In this document: positions 26,595 to 39,874 of the stretch, piece after piece
How positions within the stretch are numbered: position 1 is the first letter of the stretch
How the letters are laid out: every line of letters starts with the position of its first letter
NCBI RefSeq assembly: GCF_033153115.1
Contig: NW_026889801.1
Location: 1,364,001-1,428,000, forward strand
Length of the DNA: 64,000 nucleotides
Direction of reading: 5' to 3'
DNA from: Saccostrea echinata
Taxonomy: Eukaryota
Position numbers and translations under genes: made by a program
Notes under the pieces: generated by a model
What the model saw: only the letters and a program-made list of their open reading frames with translations
What the model was told of the DNA's origin: nothing
Database searches by the model: none

Positions 26595-28193
26595 ACCTTA
26601 TTCAATTCCTTATTTAAACCATTAACTTTCAATATTTACATTTGATTTGTATTTTTATTAACTATGAAAATTTGACAGGGGTTATTGATAGAGCAAACAC
26701 CTGCGGATTCAATTATGGTTCTTTATCTATTTCGTCAATCATAAAAGCATCTTCAAATCATGCACTGAAAATATAATACATATTTCATTCACAAACAACA
26801 ATAGTAATTTCACATTATAACAAATCATAAAACATTACATTGCGTCTGGGGAATTCAAGAGTTATTCTCCTTGATACAAAGTTTTTATAAAATACAATGA
26901 AATACAGGTATAACTGATAATAAACATGCATATAGACAATAGTTTATTTATGTTGACATTATAATAAATAGAAATTATTATTAAATTTCATATTTACAAT
27001 TCTCAAAATAAAATAGTAAACCTATATTTCAAAATATATAAATTTGTACCTATTTGTGGAACAAAGCTGACTTCTAAATTACTTTAAATGCAGCAGAGTA
27101 TATTAATAAATAAATCTTAAATGCTTTAATAAAACAGACGAGAACCAAATTACAAATTCAAGATAAGGTATGAATGCATATAATGAATACATTTATGTAT
27201 TTTTTCCATTTTGTTTTCACGTTATCATCCCACTTTTTTGGTATTTTCTGCATATTTTCTTGCACTAGGTCAAGTCTGCAGTGCAGGTACGTCATATTCC
27301 ATTATGATGTCATATTTAGAGGAGGTTGACACCATTTCCGGCTGTTCTTTTAAGTTAAGTTTGATTTTTTTAAAAGTAAAGATGAATTTGATCAATTAAA
27401 ATGTTCTCCCAGTTATCCCAGTAAGTCGTAGACAAGTAAAACAATTTAGTTTCTCTTTGCGTACCTATCTTTCTTTTCTTATCATAGTAAAAGGCAACAT
27501 TTAATGATCATGAGCTTCAAGTCTTATAAGAATAACACATTTAATTAAAAAAAAAATTGTAAAAATAAAGAAGACTAAGTATGCGTCGGAGCACGAAAGC
27601 AAACATAATTTACGTCTCTTCTAACAGCATAACCATTCTCTTTCAAAATACTGGTCTTTATATACAACAGTCGTCTCATGGCATCTCATTGATTTTCAAA
27701 TACACTAATCTGGGAAACCATTCTTAACTCCGGAACGCAATAAAATTTACCACTGCCTTTCTAATTTCTTAATCAAATTTCAGTCCTTGTTAGGTCTCCT
27801 TTAGAGGTGAAGAATACACAGAGTTTTACATTGATCGTGATCCATATCATTACTCTGCTTCTTGGGCCTAAACCTATTTCCAGTGTTGAGGTAAAACTGT
27901 CCCGAATCTCTTGTGTCATTTGTAAACAACTTGTATACTATTATTGTAGTATGTTATGTCACTTCTATATCTTTTATAGAAGTGGAGTTATACTAACAGT
28001 GAACTATGCTGTGTATTTACATATAGTCTACATATAACATCTTGAAGAGGAGGACTGCTGGCCATGATTATGCAATCCTATTTTGTACACCATTCTAACA
28101 CAAGATGCCAGTACTCAAATATCTATTAGGGTCACAACTCGTAAACATCCACGGGCTAATAATTATGGAGACCCTGTACTAAAAGTAATAAAA

Positions 28194-28450
28194 TTATTCA
28201 GTACAAGTACATACATGTAACATATCCATATATATATAATTCATATATAATTATATCTTAAAAATGTCAAAATATTCAATAATCAAAATAACTTTTTTTT
28301 TGACTTTATATCAATTTTTTATTCAGTACAAGTGCATATATGTAACACATCCATACATATATCATTCATATATAATTATATCTTAAAAATATCAAAATAT
28401 TCAATAATTGAAATAACTTTTTTTGACTTTATATCAATTTTTTATATTCA
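28194..28450. repeat. Tandem duplication, 2 x ~125 bp
   Basis: ttattcagtacaagt..catatataattatatcttaaaaat.tcaaaatattcaataat..ttttgactttatatcaattttt occurs twice head-to-tail. Confidence 0.9.
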
Positions 28451-28855
28451 AATAGAGATATTTGTTGATGACTATGAAACGTCAAAATAAAGATAATTAT
28501 GGTTTGGTCTTTACTCACGCATTTCACGAGTGCATGTATAGTGTAACACAAAACAATCTGGTTCAACCTATTCATAAAATAAATCCCACTATCAATGAAT
28601 TATTACATATTTTCTATTTCATAGAATCTACGAAAAATCAAAATGACTTTTTCATTTGTAACTTATATTTTTCACATCATTTCACATCACATAATCTAAC
28701 ATGTACCATATATTATGGTATATTATGTTATGATATCATTCAAATTACCATCATTTATGTACAATATAATATTCTGAGGCTAAAATACCTATTTTTTTCG
28801 CCTTAGGTTTACCGCGGTGCAGGGGACTAGAATCGAACCCAAAAACACCCGATCA

Positions 28856-29100
28856 CGATTGATTAATTGATTGATTGATTAATTGTTGTTTAACTTTACT
28901 CGGCACTCAGGGCCATTGAGCCATTGATCTTTATCGTGCCAACGCCTGTCGTGACATGGGATCTTGGTTTTTACGGTCTAACCCGAGAGACCGGCAACTT
29001 TCAATTCGAAGGAACAGTTGCTACCTATTTTTTATCGTCTTGGGTTATTTGCGGCCGGGTTTGAACTCACTATCTTCCAATCTCGAAGCTTGCTCTACCT
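28856..29100 (-). mobile_element. Degenerate tRNA-SINE
   Basis: (GATT)n tail, actcggcactcagggccatt, atctttatcgtgccaacgcctg and gaaggaacagttgctacctatttttt shared with 10215-10565. Confidence 0.8.
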
Positions 29101-30120
29101 TCTCCCTTCCCCCCAGAAACCACATATTATAGAGAGTGTGTTATGATTTTTTTTTCATTTCCTACTTTTGAAGCAATATCACATGTGCATCTTTAAAATA
29201 ATATATATATATATATATATATATAAGTGTCATAGTCATGATCAGGTCTATAAACTTCCAGTATAATATTTTTAGGGAGTATGTGCTGCAATGAATGTTT
29301 TTGTTTGAAAGTTAAATCTTCAAAAATATCACAAAAGTATGCAATAGTATCTCAAGGATCTCCATTGTCACTCTCAATTTAGTCAATTTAGTCTAAAGGA
29401 AATTAAACCTATATCTAAGAAACCTTACATGAAGTAAGTTTCATTTTTTTTTTTTATTATTTAAGATTTTTACGTAGATCGACGCCCTTTTGAATTCCTT
29501 TCGGACAAGTAATTGATACATAGCCAAACACCATGAAGTAGAGTTATAATCTTTTCTTCAATTATATTAATTTGTTAGCATTGTTTAAAATTTGACTTAA
29601 TCAGATAATGCCACTCAGTTTGCCTACATTTAACAGACTGGGTTAAGAAGAACATGCAACAAGTCAAATTGCATGATTAAAGAGATCAAAAGTCAAATAA
29701 TTGCATAAATTATCAAAAACAACAAAACAGAACTAGAATTTTGCAAATGGTCAACAAAAGTAGAATGTAAAATTAGAAATTATTATTATATTGAAAGGGT
29801 TTAGAAGGAAAGAAATATTCAAATTAAGATTCAATAAAAATGTAAATTAATGTACAGAGAATTCTTCAGTCTCAAATAAAGAATTTTGTCAATACACATA
29901 AGATATTAAGTAAGCTTACGCATTTATTCATATTAAAGCTTTTAAACTTTCAGATGGCTCATTCAGTTAGAATGTTAACACATTCCATAAGAGTCATGAT
30001 ATCCTACAACATATCGCTGATCCTAATTTATAACGAATTTTTATTTGATGTTTATTGTATAAAGAGTGAAATAATTTGATATTTTGTACGCTTATTGGGG
30101 TGTTTGATGGCTTCTCCTTT

Positions 30121-30545
30121 TTTTAGTCCCCTACCGGTGAAACTGGAGGGGAATATAGGTTTCCTCTGAGTCTGTTTGTCCGTTTGTCAGTCTGTCTGTC
30201 AAGCTGTATGTATGTCCGTCTGTCTGTCTGATTTTTGGTATGTGAGTGTATCTTGATGAGTTACAGATCAAGTTTGCATTTCGTTTCGCTTCATTGATTT
30301 TTGACGGAATTACGGCCTTTTTAATTTTTAGGGGTTTTCCGCAATTTTCTTCTAAACGCTTTCAGATATTGAGCTGATTTTTGGTATGTGACTTTACCTT
30401 GATTAGTTATAGATCAAGTTTGCATTTCGTCTCGCTTCATTGATTTTTGACGGAATTATGGCATTTTCAATTCTTAACGGGAACCAGATTACACTTGCCG
30501 GTAGGGGACTAGTATTGCTAATGCAATACTCTCAGAATGCTTGTT
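30121..30545 (+). mobile_element. HINE/DINE-1-like element, apparently complete
   Basis: 5' ttttagtcccctaccgg, (GTCT)n, two ~130-bp repeats, 3' sub-TIR ccggtaggggacta plus hairpin agtattgctaatgcaatact, ending cttgttt. Confidence 0.8.
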
Positions 30546-31981
30546 TAACATGTGAAGCAAACTGATCAGCAAACCTTGTCATTGTTAATTTCAATTTTTT
30601 ACTTGGAGCGTGTTTTTTATTATTTGAATATTGACAGCCGAAATGCACTCTAAGAAGGGGATTGAACATTTTACTGAAAGAAATTATAGGAAAAACTTAA
30701 AAATTAAAAGTACAAAATACTATCCAAACCTTTGGGTAAGAATTCAGGTTAGGTTTGCATCCCCTTCAATTATAATGATTTATATATTGTACATATTTCA
30801 AACATCAATTTGATTTGGTCAAGTAGAAAAGATTTTAAAGATATTTCTTTCATTGTGTCATAATTGTATCATATTTCTCCATAAATCTTTCTTGTACTCT
30901 AGAGCTTTAAAATGTTAAACAGTACTGGGTCTGAAACCTCCGATCAGTTCTTTTAAGCTAAAATGGTCCTCTTTTATTGATTCAAACTTTGTGCGACTCG
31001 ATAAATGCTTCTTGACTTCTACAACTTTGAATTGCTTGAAATAAGATTTTTCGGATTGAATTTTCTTTTCTTTCTTTTTTCCCCAAAAATATATTTGGCA
31101 TGAAAGGCAATTATCAACAGTCGGTGTATTTGATTGAGAAGTAAATATCACTGGTTTATATTTCGCAGGTCCAAACGCTCAAAAGATTTTAAATTTTGTC
31201 AGCACATTCTGACGATGAAAATACCAGTAATCTCCATTTAATTGTAAACCATTAATAAATCACATCTGAAAAATATCAAGATTCTTGATTAATGGTTCGC
31301 TGACATGTATCAGAACCTACTTGTACCATCTTAAAAAACTCAAATTGCTTTAAGCCTGACTTCGTTTAGTCTGTACAGTGTTTATTCTATGTTAAAGAAC
31401 AAAATATTCTATATGAAATAATGGAGTGGCTGTTTGATTATAGCTTTATGTTCGGGACATTGTATAATTAACGGAAACATTAATTCTAAAGAGAAAAGAC
31501 CCCTGTTGAACAGAAACTTGAATCATTTAAATCAATGTAGTTTATTGAGTGTCGATATTGGTTTAAAGTATGCACACAACAATTTTAATTTTATCAGGCG
31601 CTAGCAGCCTTTTTATCAGCATGAATGATCCTTACTTAATGCATAACATATATCTTTATTATGATGGGTCATACAGTCTGACAGCTTCTTCGATGGAAAA
31701 TAGTTCCTGGAAATATGTTACATACTATTTAATTATGTTTGACGTATATACATGTATATAAAGAATATTATCTCACCGAGTTAATGATGACAAAATGACG
31801 GTTTCCCCCATTATAATGAAAAAGGTAATATGCATCACACCAGCAACTTCATCTTCAAGGCTTTTTCTGCAATGATGAAGTAAAGTGTTTAATTCAATTT
31901 TTTCTTAGAATACAAAATTGAAACCAGAGCAAAGGAAATCATTACTTCGCGTTTAACGTCAAGACGTTCATCTCCTTGAAG

Positions 31982-32693
31982 ATGAAGCTCACCCTTGGTT
32001 TTGCGTCAAGCCTTCTGAATTTTTGTCACATTTACAGTCTATCTATACTCACAGATAACAGTGGTCAAAATATCACTCAGCTGGATACAATAGACATTGA
32101 TTCGAAAAATGTGGACGTTGTCAGACAACTTCTGAATCAAGAAACAATTATTAGAATGGCACTGGTAAAAAATGTACACGCACTATTGAAAGATATGGTC
32201 GACTTGAAACAAAGTATGGAGTCACTGGAAACTTCACAGCAGAAAACAGACTTGGAGATAACATCATTGCAACAGGAAGTGAACGAACTAAAACGTGAAA
32301 ACGAGAGGCTTAAGCTTGAACACAGAAGGTATGAAGAAACATTCAACGCCGTAAAAGAAAACTTCACTCAAATGACTGAACACATTTTTGAATTTGCAGA
32401 ACAATCAGAATTTAAGAGAGAAGCTTTTGAGAAAAACACCAGTACCATACTGGGAGACTTAAAAGTTGAGGTTCGATATCTGTCAGTTACTCTTCTTGAC
32501 CTGAATAAACACACGTTGGAAATAGATAAGAGTATCCCTGCATTGATAGATAAAAAGTATGATATTCTGTCAATAAAATTGAATACATCTCTGGAAAATT
32601 TGAGGAATGATTTACTTGCTTCTGGCGCAAAAATATCTAAGTCAGTGTCAAACTTGGAAAATTCTCAAAATGCAGTTGTATCTTCAATGTTTG
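31982..32693 (+). CDS. C1qDC copy 4, exon 1 (signal peptide + coiled coil)
   Basis: MKLTLGFASSLLNFCHIYS|LSIL leader; 712 bp open; ends ATG TTT G|gtaagc (phase 1). Confidence 0.92.
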
Positions 32694-33520
32694 GTAAGCA
32701 TCCATTTACTTATAGTAAAGAAATTTCTGATTTCTCTTCATTTTCCACTTACAAGCTTTCGACTTCAGATAAAAGCAAACAGCTTTAGAAAGCAGATATA
32801 CCAATGCTATAATGCTATTTGAAAAAAAAACATAAATCAGGAAAGTGTTCGAAAGATCACTGCACATGTACAGTAAGTAGCATCATAAGACGGTTCTTTA
32901 TTGTCTGGTTAATTACTAGCCATAAATAGGACAGACAGAAACGGAAATGATAGGCCCAGACCGTCCCTTAAAATGCCCTTCCAAGGTGGCTATTAGTGTC
33001 CCGGGAATTCTTCGTTGCCACATCGTTTTTGAGGGCATGTTTAAGAAGCATTAAAATCATTTCTCGATAAATCCAGTTTTTATTACTTTGATAAATTATC
33101 AAACCCACTGATCAAACAAAAACTATAATCAACCATTGTATAGACGTCTAAGCATATCAGGCTAAGAAGCCCACCGGGATTAGTGAACCACTGATTGTCT
33201 CCATTAAGAAATATAATTGTCAAAATTACATCAGCATATCTGATAACTAAACTTTAATTCCATTCAATCACATGCAATATTCTCGGTACTTGCCTCTGAA
33301 ACCCTCTTTTTAATATCTGTTTAATTCTATCTTGAACGCTTCTTGTTCACTCCTCAAATATCCGATCATCAGTTATAACATCATTAATTCGAATTTGAAT
33401 ATAGCATAAGAAAATAATAAGACTGTTTGTTAATGTTTGCATTTTTCTATTTATTTTCAGGAGTCATTTCAATTCTTAAATTAATATAGCATTAAACAGA
33501 TACTAAGAAGGGGGGTTCAG

Positions 33521-34485
33521 AACGGATATGTTTGGTAATTTAAGCCACCTTAAGCTTAATGATTTTGAATTGTTTGACCTGTAAATGTATAGACAGAGAA
33601 AAATAAATTTTAAAAATGATATCATTTAAGAAAATGAGAGAAATTACCTTTTTTTTAAATTTAAGAGGCCAATATATTCCAGCCTACTGTAGAATGTTCT
33701 CAAAATTGCTGCCACAATTTAATGGAAGAAAAAAAATTAATTTAAATACATAATTTTATATACTGAAAGGACAATAAACGCATCATGTATTTTCGAAGTT
33801 AATCAAATCAACAATGTTTTTGTTTGTTTGTTTGTTTGTTGTTTAACGTCCCTCTCGAGAATTTTTCACTCATATGGAGACGCCACCACTTGCCGGTGGA
33901 GAGCTGCAAATTTTGTCCTATACTCGGCACTTACGTCCATTGAGCAGTGAGGGATCTTTTTCGTGCCAGCACCTACTGCGACACGGGACCTCGGTTTATA
34001 CGGTCTCATAAAAAAGGACCGGTCTCCACGTCCCACAGTGGGATTCGAACCCGCAACGTAAGGATCAACTCCTTACTCCGCGACTCTAGAGCAGACGCTC
34101 TAACCACTGCGCCACGCGGCGACAATCAACAATGATAAAATATATGATATTTTTATTATACATAATCTGTATAATTTTTTTTCATTAAATTGTGGCAGCA
34201 ATATTGAGACAAGTAGTTACTGTAGTAAATTATAGGTAACTTAAGTAAAATTTTGCAAGGGTATATCGTTCACCTACTTAAAAAAATGTCTTTTTGTTAA
34301 AAAATTATGTAAGCTATTGAATCATTCTACAGTAGGCTGGCCTTTTAAATTAAAAAAAAAATTTCTCTCATTTTCTTAAATGATATCATTTTTTAGAATT
34401 TATTTTTCTCTGTCTATACATTTACAGGTCAAGCAATTCAAAATCATTAAGCTCAAGGTGGCTTAAATTACCGAACATATCCGTT
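33521..34485. mobile_element. Foldback/long-TIR element in copy 4 intron 1
   Basis: aacggatatgtttggtaatttaagccacctt.. (33521-~33730) is the reverse complement of ..aaggtggcttaaattaccgaacatatccgtt (~34175-34485), with an extra ~120 bp in the right arm. Confidence 0.85.
33817..34123 (-). mobile_element. Full-length tRNA-derived SINE nested in the foldback element
   Basis: A box tggcgcagtgg, B box ggttcgaatcc, (CAAA)n tail, perfect 11-bp TSD aatcaacaatg (33806-33816 / 34124-34134). Confidence 0.9.
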
Positions 34486-34558
34486 TGGGGATAGGAAATG
34501 TGATTTTTCCAGCAATTAACTTTTATTTAGTAGAAGGAAATGTAAAAGTTAAAATATA

Positions 34559-35285
34559 CAGTCATTTAGGGTATTCCGAATCACCTTTAACATTTTTGCT
34601 GCAAACGATGTAATTTACAAGTTTATAACTGGTTGTTTGGTATTAATAGAAAGTTGGTTCTATGAATAAAAAGATCTTCGACACAAAGCGAGCTCATCTT
34701 CGATATAGCGACCTTGACGGCGGCTATATTTAGACCATCTTTTAGTGTATTGCGAGTCACTTCCGGGTATTTCGAATCACTAAATAAACAGATGAAAAAC
34801 TGCCAGATAACAACATTTCGATAAATGAATTTGTTTGTAATATTAACCAAGTCTTTTAAAACAAGAATCATCTACTTTGTGCATGTTGGTGTTTACTTTT
34901 AAGTTGAGAAATTCTCCTCTGAAATCACTGTAGAAACACAGGAGGGGATCGTGCAGGAGAGAGCATTCATCGCACCCCCCTCCCCACCAAAAAACAAACC
35001 CCAAAAATATTATAAAAATGATTGCCATCCTGTTAATATCATTAAACACAAAAAGAGTTTTTTTTTTAACCACTGAAAGGTTTTAATTGAATTCAAAACA
35101 ATTGTACTAATAAACAATAGACTTTCCTGAGTACTGTAACAAAGAAAAAAAAAGATTTATCTAAGTACTGTAACAATAAAAATAGACTTCCCTGAGTGCT
35201 ATTAGTAAATGAAAATAAAGAAATGCCGAATGAATATACATTCTAAGAAGAAAAAAAAAGACACCATTTTTTCATCTTGATATAC

Positions 35286-35337
<52 letters not shown>

Positions 35338-38300
35338 GAGATCATGAATGTATTGCATTGTACAAGTATGTATATGTAAGTATCATTCATACAAATATTT
35401 AGAAATAAAGAAACACAAAAGTGGATAAAATAAAGAATTATCAATAGTGCTGAAATATATTAGAAAACTGACCATAAACTTTCTTCAATATGGGACGGTA
35501 CAGTATATGGATTATATACAGGAATAATAATAAATATAAATGCAAAGCAAACCAGACTCTTGGCAAACATTTTCTTCTCTTACATTTAAGACAATTGTGA
35601 CAGAGTGTTTAGAACAAATGCAATAAAATTCAGAGTGTATATCAAGAAGACAAACCCAAAAAAAATCACAAACACTTTTTCCAAAAGATGTGCACAGTTC
35701 AAACAAGTTTTTTTAGGAGGTGGTCACTTCAATAACTTCCTTTTCTGACATGCCTTCAAGATGCATCTGGATGCGACTCAAGGCAGTCTAAAAATTATTT
35801 GAACATACTCGGTATGTACAGGGAATTACTACATCTCCTCTTTTCTCGAGCATAGTGGCAAAGGTGGGAATATAATTAAACTTGGTGTAGGTGCACCAGT
35901 AACTGTGGCTGAAATTTCACCTCCGACATCCATTATATATCTAAATGCACTGGCCAAACCTCTAAGGACATGTCCACAGGGAAGATCCTCTATATCTTTT
36001 AGTTTTAAGCCCCTCTTTTCATCTGTAACTGTGTCTTTGAGATCAACAGGAACATTATCTGGAATCCATACCAAACAGGCATCAGAATCATGAATATTCG
36101 TATATTCCCTATCAACTCTAAGTGGTAGCTGACTGGACTGTAATGGTTTCACTTTAAAGTCATGATATCCTTTTGTCACACAATGTCTTTAAAAAAATTT
36201 CCCTCTTTGGCTGCTTTGAAGATTGTCTAAGTTTTCTTCATAGGTAAAGGTAGGCTTAAGTCTACAGTCTGAAATTTTAGATCTGTCTATTGGAAACACA
36301 CCAGAAGAAGCAAAACTTTTTTGCACTGTTCATGGCTTGTAGAAATCCAGAAATGCCACTTGCAAGTGTCTGGCAAATTTTTGTTTTCGAACCATGTCTT
36401 CGGAATGTTGTTTGGTGTGGGATCTAAGGTGTTTGTACCAACTCTTCTTCAAGGGTCCATAAACTCCCACATCCAGTGGTTACGTCAAGTGAGTTGCATT
36501 TCTTACTAACCTGTAGATTTCTATAGAAAGATTCCATGTCAACATGACTCCCTACGCTATCAATTAGTAAAAAATATATGGTCTTTCTCTCACAGCATGA
36601 TTATGAAGATGTTTTATGAATTTTCTGAAAGTTTCTGCATCGATCCATCCAACCCTTCTCTGTGAATTCTGCATGAGCATATCTGTGTGAACCAGCCAAT
36701 AAGTCCTAGGATGCTGGCATGGCTTGGAAAACACAAAAAAGGAGGAATTATTGTGCCCTCAGCATTTGCACAGTACATCACAGTAACTTTCTCTCTCTCT
36801 TTGCCCCCCCTCCCCCCGACACATGTGGAACTGGGTCTGCATTTACCTTTTTGGCTGGACCTATGCCATGACCAGATTTTGATCCCATCTTAAATCCAGT
36901 TTCATCTGCATTATATACTATTTCAGATTTATCCAAGAGAAGATTGTCAGACATAAATATTCTATATTTATCAAACCAGTCATCAATCTCTTTCACGGTC
37001 ACCTTGGCTGTAAAGATTTCCAGGGGTGTTTCTGTTCTTTTTTGAATAAAGTGACAGTTGCGCCTTAAAAATCCATAGTACCAATCCCAACTAGGTCTAT
37101 TGTCTTTAAACGGATTTTCTCTCGTCCCTTTTCACGATAGATATTTCAACAAAGTCCAGAAACTCTGTTGGACGTAACCTCATTCCTCTTTGTGCCATTT
37201 CTGACAAATATTTTTCCATTGCTTCCTCCTCTGACTTATTTTAAATCACAGACCTTGAACCTAGCTCTTTTACTATCAACATCTACTTGTCCAGATGCTC
37301 TTCTTTGGAGAAAAGAATACGAGAGGTTGTTTTCTAATGCAGCTCTTCTAATAGATAATTTATTATAATTAACCTGATATAAAACTTTCCTAACAGTTGT
37401 CGTCTTGTGGGCTGATTTATTCTAATATTTCCTTGTAACCTTTGCAGCTAGTCTCTGTGCATGACTTTTAGATGGGGTCCAAATTTCCTTGCGTTCCTTA
37501 GTTCTTTCCATTTCTATATCAAATCAATAATCAAGAATTACATATTGTTGTGTAATATGCACCAACAGCGGATTTTCTTTGGGTAGGACTGGTGGTTGTT
37601 ATATCCACTATATTTAACATTAATAAAAAAAAACCCCACTCCCCTCCAGTCCACATCTATCTAAGTGCACTCATGTCAAGGACATACGTACATATATAAG
37701 TAGAAATATTACAGAACGTATGTATTTTGATACATGTAAATGAAATACAATTTCTTTTTTTTTTTTTTTTTTTGTTAAAAAAAAAAAAGGCCCGTATAAA
37801 CCCAGACTAGTCTGTTATAGTTATTATTTACTTTATTCTCTTGGCATATGACACTACAAAGTACTGTGCATCAGCATGTGTTTGTGTGTGCTGAGTGCAC
37901 GCGTTTATGTACACACCTGATTCGAAATATCTTAAACTGTAATGGGTTGCAAATGTGGTCATAACATTTATAACTTTGAAGTGTTTTCAAACACATTTAT
38001 AGCTCTTAGAAGCTTATAAAATTGCCGTTCTTTCAATACCCAATATGACATGTATCAACCAAAAAACGCCGCTACGACAGCGCTGTCAAATGTCATGCAA
38101 CGTTTTCTACAAGGGGTATTTCTTCAATAAAGATGTAGCGAGTTGGTTAATGAAATTATTAATTAATGAATTAATGCATGGTATTTTTGATTTTATTTCT
38201 TGGAATTAATTATATGTACCTTGCTGATGCTGTCTGCTTTGTTGTCACACGTGTGAAGTTGTAGTATAAAGTACAGCCAAAACGTAAAGTCCCGAGAGTC

Positions 38301-38338
38301 GCAAAACTCGGGGTGATTCCGAATACCATAAATGACTG
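34559..38338 (-). mobile_element. pogo/Tigger-like DNA transposon (3780 bp), decayed
   Basis: 27-bp TIRs cagtcatttagggtattccgaatcacc / ggtgattccgaataccataaatgactg (2 mismatches), TA on both sides, internal transposase relic. Confidence 0.92.
35713..37511 (-). pseudogene. pogo-type DDD transposase relic with a C-terminal HIRAN-like domain
   Basis: Minus-strand pieces: LSIRRAALENNLSYSFLQRR (HTH), PFKDNRPSWDWYYGFLRRN (CENP-B-type HTH), VYNADETGF (D1), LLIDSVGSH (D2), NATHLT*PLDVGVYGPLK (D3), SFASSGVFP, then in the same frame KGYHDF..DREYTNIHDSDACLVW..CGHVLRGLA..GGEISATVTG and after a frameshift GDVVIPCTYR. Confidence 0.85.
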
Positions 38339-38742
38339 TATTATTTCATAGAGAGTTCTTCTTTAACATAAACATGCTCCAGAAGCGCAGTATTATGTTA
38401 CGCTACAACTCCATATCATTATTTGTAGGGAAGGTAGTCCGGGAGAATTGACACTGTATGGAGTATGTAACATAAAGGCATTTATAAAAGATGAAATATA
38501 TGAAATTTTATGCTGAAATTAAAGCGAATTCATTTTAATAGCAGTATATGCTGATCCTTTGATTAGACCACTATATCACCATTATACTTTTGCACATAGC
38601 TTAAATGCATATTTCACATAGAGACTATGACTCTGTAAAACTTTCTTTGACCAATAAATATATTAGTAATTTCGTTAGCTAGAAGATGGGGCTTTGCAAT
38701 CCATCTCAAATGCAACCTAAATATTTCATTTTCCAGTGAACG

Positions 38743-38789
<47 letters not shown>

Positions 38790-39020
38790 TTATAGATATC
38801 CTTCACAAATTTGATCTTGTTAAATGTGTATGCTACACCTTCCCTTATATCTGGTTTAATTCTGTTTTAATTTACTATACCTTACGAAAAATGACTGTTT
38901 ATTGTTTTCATTGTCTTACCTGTAATAAAGCATTCAGAATTCAAAATTGTATTAACATTTTACACTCATTTTTTACTTTCACCTTTTTAACGTATCCGCA
39001 TAAAAAACTTGTCCATTTAG

Positions 39021-39149
39021 ATGACATCAACAAGACAATAGGCGACATAAGGACTGAAGTCAAACAATCCCAGTATGACCACTTGAAGTTGTCCACCACT
39101 GTGTCGTCTCTGGAGGTGTTCAGAATGAATGTTACCAGAAATAAATGCG
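39021..39149 (+). CDS. C1qDC copy 4, exon 2 (neck)
   Basis: catttag|AT GAC ATC AAC..; (D)DINKTIGDIRTEVKQSQYDHLKLSTTVSSLEVFRMNVTRNKC; donor TGC G|gtattt; 129 bp, phase 1-1. Confidence 0.88.
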
Positions 39150-39470
39150 GTATTTTTTTCTCTCAAAGAAAATATATTTTACAAATGTACTTACAAAAGA
39201 AAAAAATATTAACCAATATTTAATTATAAAAAAGGTAAATAGAATAAATGCATTTCCATTTTATTTTGACATTGTATCAAAAATATTCTTGAATACTGTT
39301 CGTTATCTTCTGTTATCTACTGTTCGTTCGAGTCCATATTTCATTAAGTACATAGGTTGTGCCTCTATCGTCCATTTTAGAATTTTTAAGAGAATTCTTG
39401 TTAATCTTTTAATTTCACGTATTTGTTCTGTACTGTTTTGCTTTGTTCACAGACTATTCTTAACTTGTAG

Positions 39471-39874
39471 ACTTGTCTAAGAGAGTCGCTTTTACTGCTG
39501 GAGTGTTGTCTGATAGCACCTCATGGAACAGTGGGACTTTAGTGTATAATAAAGTTTTTAATAACGTGGGAGGGGGATATAATCCCACCAACGGAATCTT
39601 CACCGCACCAGTAGAGGGAGAGTATGTATTCTATGTCAGTATTCAAAGCTACAATGCTAACAATATATATGTCGACATTGTATTAAACGGAACTAGCAAG
39701 GTTCGAGCAATGGCTAATTCTTATAACACTAATGATCGTTGGGAGACGGGTACAAACCTGGTAACATTACGGCTACAAGATGGAGACATGGTATGGGTAA
39801 GACATCACAGTGGTACAGGTTATCACACGCACAGCGACATTCCTATTACAACGTTTTCTGGATTCCTTATTTAA
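39471..39874 (+). CDS. C1qDC copy 4, exon 3 (globular C1q domain)
   Basis: cttgtag| acceptor; LSKRVAFTAG..GIFTAPVEGEYVF..LQDGDMVWV..TTFSGFLI*. Spliced CDS 712+129+404 nt = 414 aa. Confidence 0.93.

Noticed and set aside
34030-34123. tRNA gene candidates (also ~10490-10565 and ~5060-5125)
   Set aside because: A and B boxes are present but they are SINE heads joined to a shared body, tail and TSD; no clean cloverleaf.
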